From positions 99,650 to 163,649 of the forward strand of contig JBBTST010000001.1 in assembly GCA_038064575.1 (NCBI GenBank): 64,000 nucleotides of DNA, written 5' to 3'. The first letter of the stretch is position 1, and each line of letters starts with the position of its first letter. Source of the stretch: Patescibacteria group bacterium (GTDB lineage Bacteria; Patescibacteriota; WWE3; UBA101185; 2-01-FULL-41-18). This document shows, piece after piece, positions 62,448 through 64,000 of the stretch. The position numbers and the translations under genes are program-made. The notes under the pieces are model-generated. The model was not told the DNA's origin, ran no database searches, and worked only from the letters and a program-made list of their open reading frames with translations.

Positions 62448-62610
62448 TTTTTCACCTCCTTTCTAAATTTAATACTATTTGTTATAAACTTGTTGCTAGG
62501 AACTAGGTGTTAGTTGCTAACCTCCAAAAGCAACTCGAATGTATCCCTAGATCCTAGGAATAAGATTACAAGCTATATTAGTATTATACATATAATAATC
62601 AGGATTGCAA

Positions 62611-62952
62611 CTATTTTCTTAATAAAGTTACTGCAACAAGTGCCATTTGGTCACAAAACGGATAAGAAGCATTTACTTCTATACTAAATGAAGAAATAAT
62701 TGTGACCTTTCCCAAATCTAACTTGTCAACTAAATTTAACCCAAACCCATCCGTTGAATATACAAAAACACGATCCAGGTGTGCATCCTGGATAACTTTT
62801 AATAAGGGGACTAATACGCTTTCATATTTATCATTCAGGGGAAATTTAAAAGTAAATGTTTTTTGAAGCACTAGAATATCTTGATAAAATAGATATTTAT
62901 AGACGCCAACAGTTACATCTGAAGAAGAAAGGTCTAACAGGGCAAGGGTCAT
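62611..62952 (-). CDS. Hypothetical protein
   Basis: 113 aa ORF; no recognised motif. Confidence 0.45.
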   Translation of the reverse strand: MTLALLDLSSSDVTVGVYKYLFYQDILVLQKTFTFKFPLNDKYESVLVPLLKVIQDAHLDRVFVYSTDGFGLNLVDKLDLGKVTIISSFSIEVNASYPFCDQMALVAVTLLRK

Positions 62953-63008
62953 ACAACATAAATATACATGTGATTATAATTTATATCAAGATAATAGATG
63001 TGATTATT

Positions 63009-63467
63009 TTATCTTTTAGAATATTGGGGAGCCTTTCTGGCTTTCCTTAAGAATGGCTTTTTTCTTTCCACTTCTCTAGGATCTCTTGTTAACATATCAT
63101 GTTTTCTTAAAGTGTTTCTATTCTCCCCATCAAATGCTACTAATGCTTTTGATATAGCTAATAAAACTGCATCAAACTGAGAAGACTTTCCGGAACCGGA
63201 AACTTTGACAGTTCCTGAAAAGGTGGTGACAGGATGTGAAACACCAACAATATGAAAGGGCTTCATCCACCCATTTTTATGAGCTTCCAAGTCAAAATAA
63301 TCGTTAAAAGTTTTGCCATTAACAAAGAAATCACCTTTTTTTGTATAAAGAAAGACACTGGCCACAGAGGTCTTTCTTCTTCCAACCCCATAAAAGTGCT
63401 TTTCTTTTCTGCCTCTTGTTGCCTTTACTACCTCTACTTGATTGGTGAGTTCTTTCTTTTCTGACAT
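63009..63467 (-). CDS. rpsI: 30S ribosomal protein S9
   Basis: 'YGVGRRKTSVA', 'LTRDPREVERKK', 'APQYSKR'. Confidence 0.97.
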   Translation of the reverse strand: MSEKKELTNQVEVVKATRGRKEKHFYGVGRRKTSVASVFLYTKKGDFFVNGKTFNDYFDLEAHKNGWMKPFHIVGVSHPVTTFSGTVKVSGSGKSSQFDAVLLAISKALVAFDGENRNTLRKHDMLTRDPREVERKKPFLRKARKAPQYSKR

Positions 63468-63470
63468 AAT

Positions 63471-63893
63471 TTATTTTTTTTCAATCTGAGCCTTGTGTGG
63501 ATGCAGAGAGCCTTTATAAACATATAAATCCAACATCCTGTGTTTTCTCATCTTATTAACCGGAAGCATTCCCCAGACCGCTTTTTTTATAACATCTTCG
63601 GGTTTAGTTGCAAGCAAATTTGCTAAGGTTTCTTCTTTAAAACCACCTGGATAGCCCGAATGTTTATAATACTTTTTATTAACCATCTTTCTACCCGTAA
63701 CATTTATTTTTTCTGCATTAATAATTACAACTTTGTCTCCCATATCAAGGTTTGCACTAAAGGAGGGTTTATGCTTTCCTATAAGAAGGGTTGCAACTCT
63801 TGTGGCAAACCTGCCTAACACTTCAGAGGAAGCATCCATAACATGCCAGTCCTTTTTTATATCTTTCTTTTTAAGAACTAATGTTTTTTGCAT
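63471..63893 (-). CDS. rplM: 50S ribosomal protein L13
   Basis: 'WHVMDA..EVLGR', 'GKHKP', 'HSGYPGG', 'GMLP'. Confidence 0.97.
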   Translation of the reverse strand: MQKTLVLKKKDIKKDWHVMDASSEVLGRFATRVATLLIGKHKPSFSANLDMGDKVVIINAEKINVTGRKMVNKKYYKHSGYPGGFKEETLANLLATKPEDVIKKAVWGMLPVNKMRKHRMLDLYVYKGSLHPHKAQIEKK

Positions 63894-63896
63894 ATA

Positions 63897-64000
63897 CTAC
63901 TTTACCTTAGTCTTTTTTAATTTTTCAAGTGGCTTGTCTTTTGCCTCCAAGGCTGATGTCTTTTCCTTGTTTTTCTTCTTGTCAGCTTTTTTTGTGTCCT
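63897..64000 (-). CDS. Partial CDS: Lys-rich C-terminal tail of the upstream gene (possibly L17)
   Basis: Open Lys-rich frame ending just before rplM; identity inferred only from usual gene order. Confidence 0.35.
   Translation of the reverse strand, partial: DTKKADKKKNKEKTSALEAKDKPLEKLKKTKVK

Overview
This is an AT-rich, gene-dense bacterial chromosome segment using genetic code 11. Gene content and architecture point to Patescibacteria/CPR (WWE3/Microgenomates-like); that placement is an inference from the short TsaB, archaeal-type AspRS, cupin PGI, membrane-anchored Clp ATPase and reduced F1Fo delta/alpha subunits. Most of the window is housekeeping: gltX, aspS, recJ, secDF, miaAB, hup, rny, recX-recA, the atp operon, dinB, tsaEB, ftsEX, prfB, rplM-rpsI, rnpB and tRNA-Pro(GGG). 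The most unusual region is 10.2-16.0 kb, which the ORF track largely misses. It holds four minus-strand micro-genes, each with a strong Shine-Dalgarno, a proline-containing 8-25 aa ORF and a long downstream hairpin. They flank an Xaa-Pro aminopeptidase, and two share P-N-x-P-[FY]-P-V-H-P with synonymous codon changes. The same region has an ultrashort-stem-I Asp T-box upstream of aspS, a leader-peptide attenuator, a 6S-like RNA and another structured transcript. Elsewhere there is a surface-protein/Cache/histidine kinase/receiver operon with a Cys-less thioredoxin fold, a TasA-SipW pair and two disrupted genes (comM frameshift, GT-C nonsense codon). No CRISPR array, rRNA or transposase was seen.
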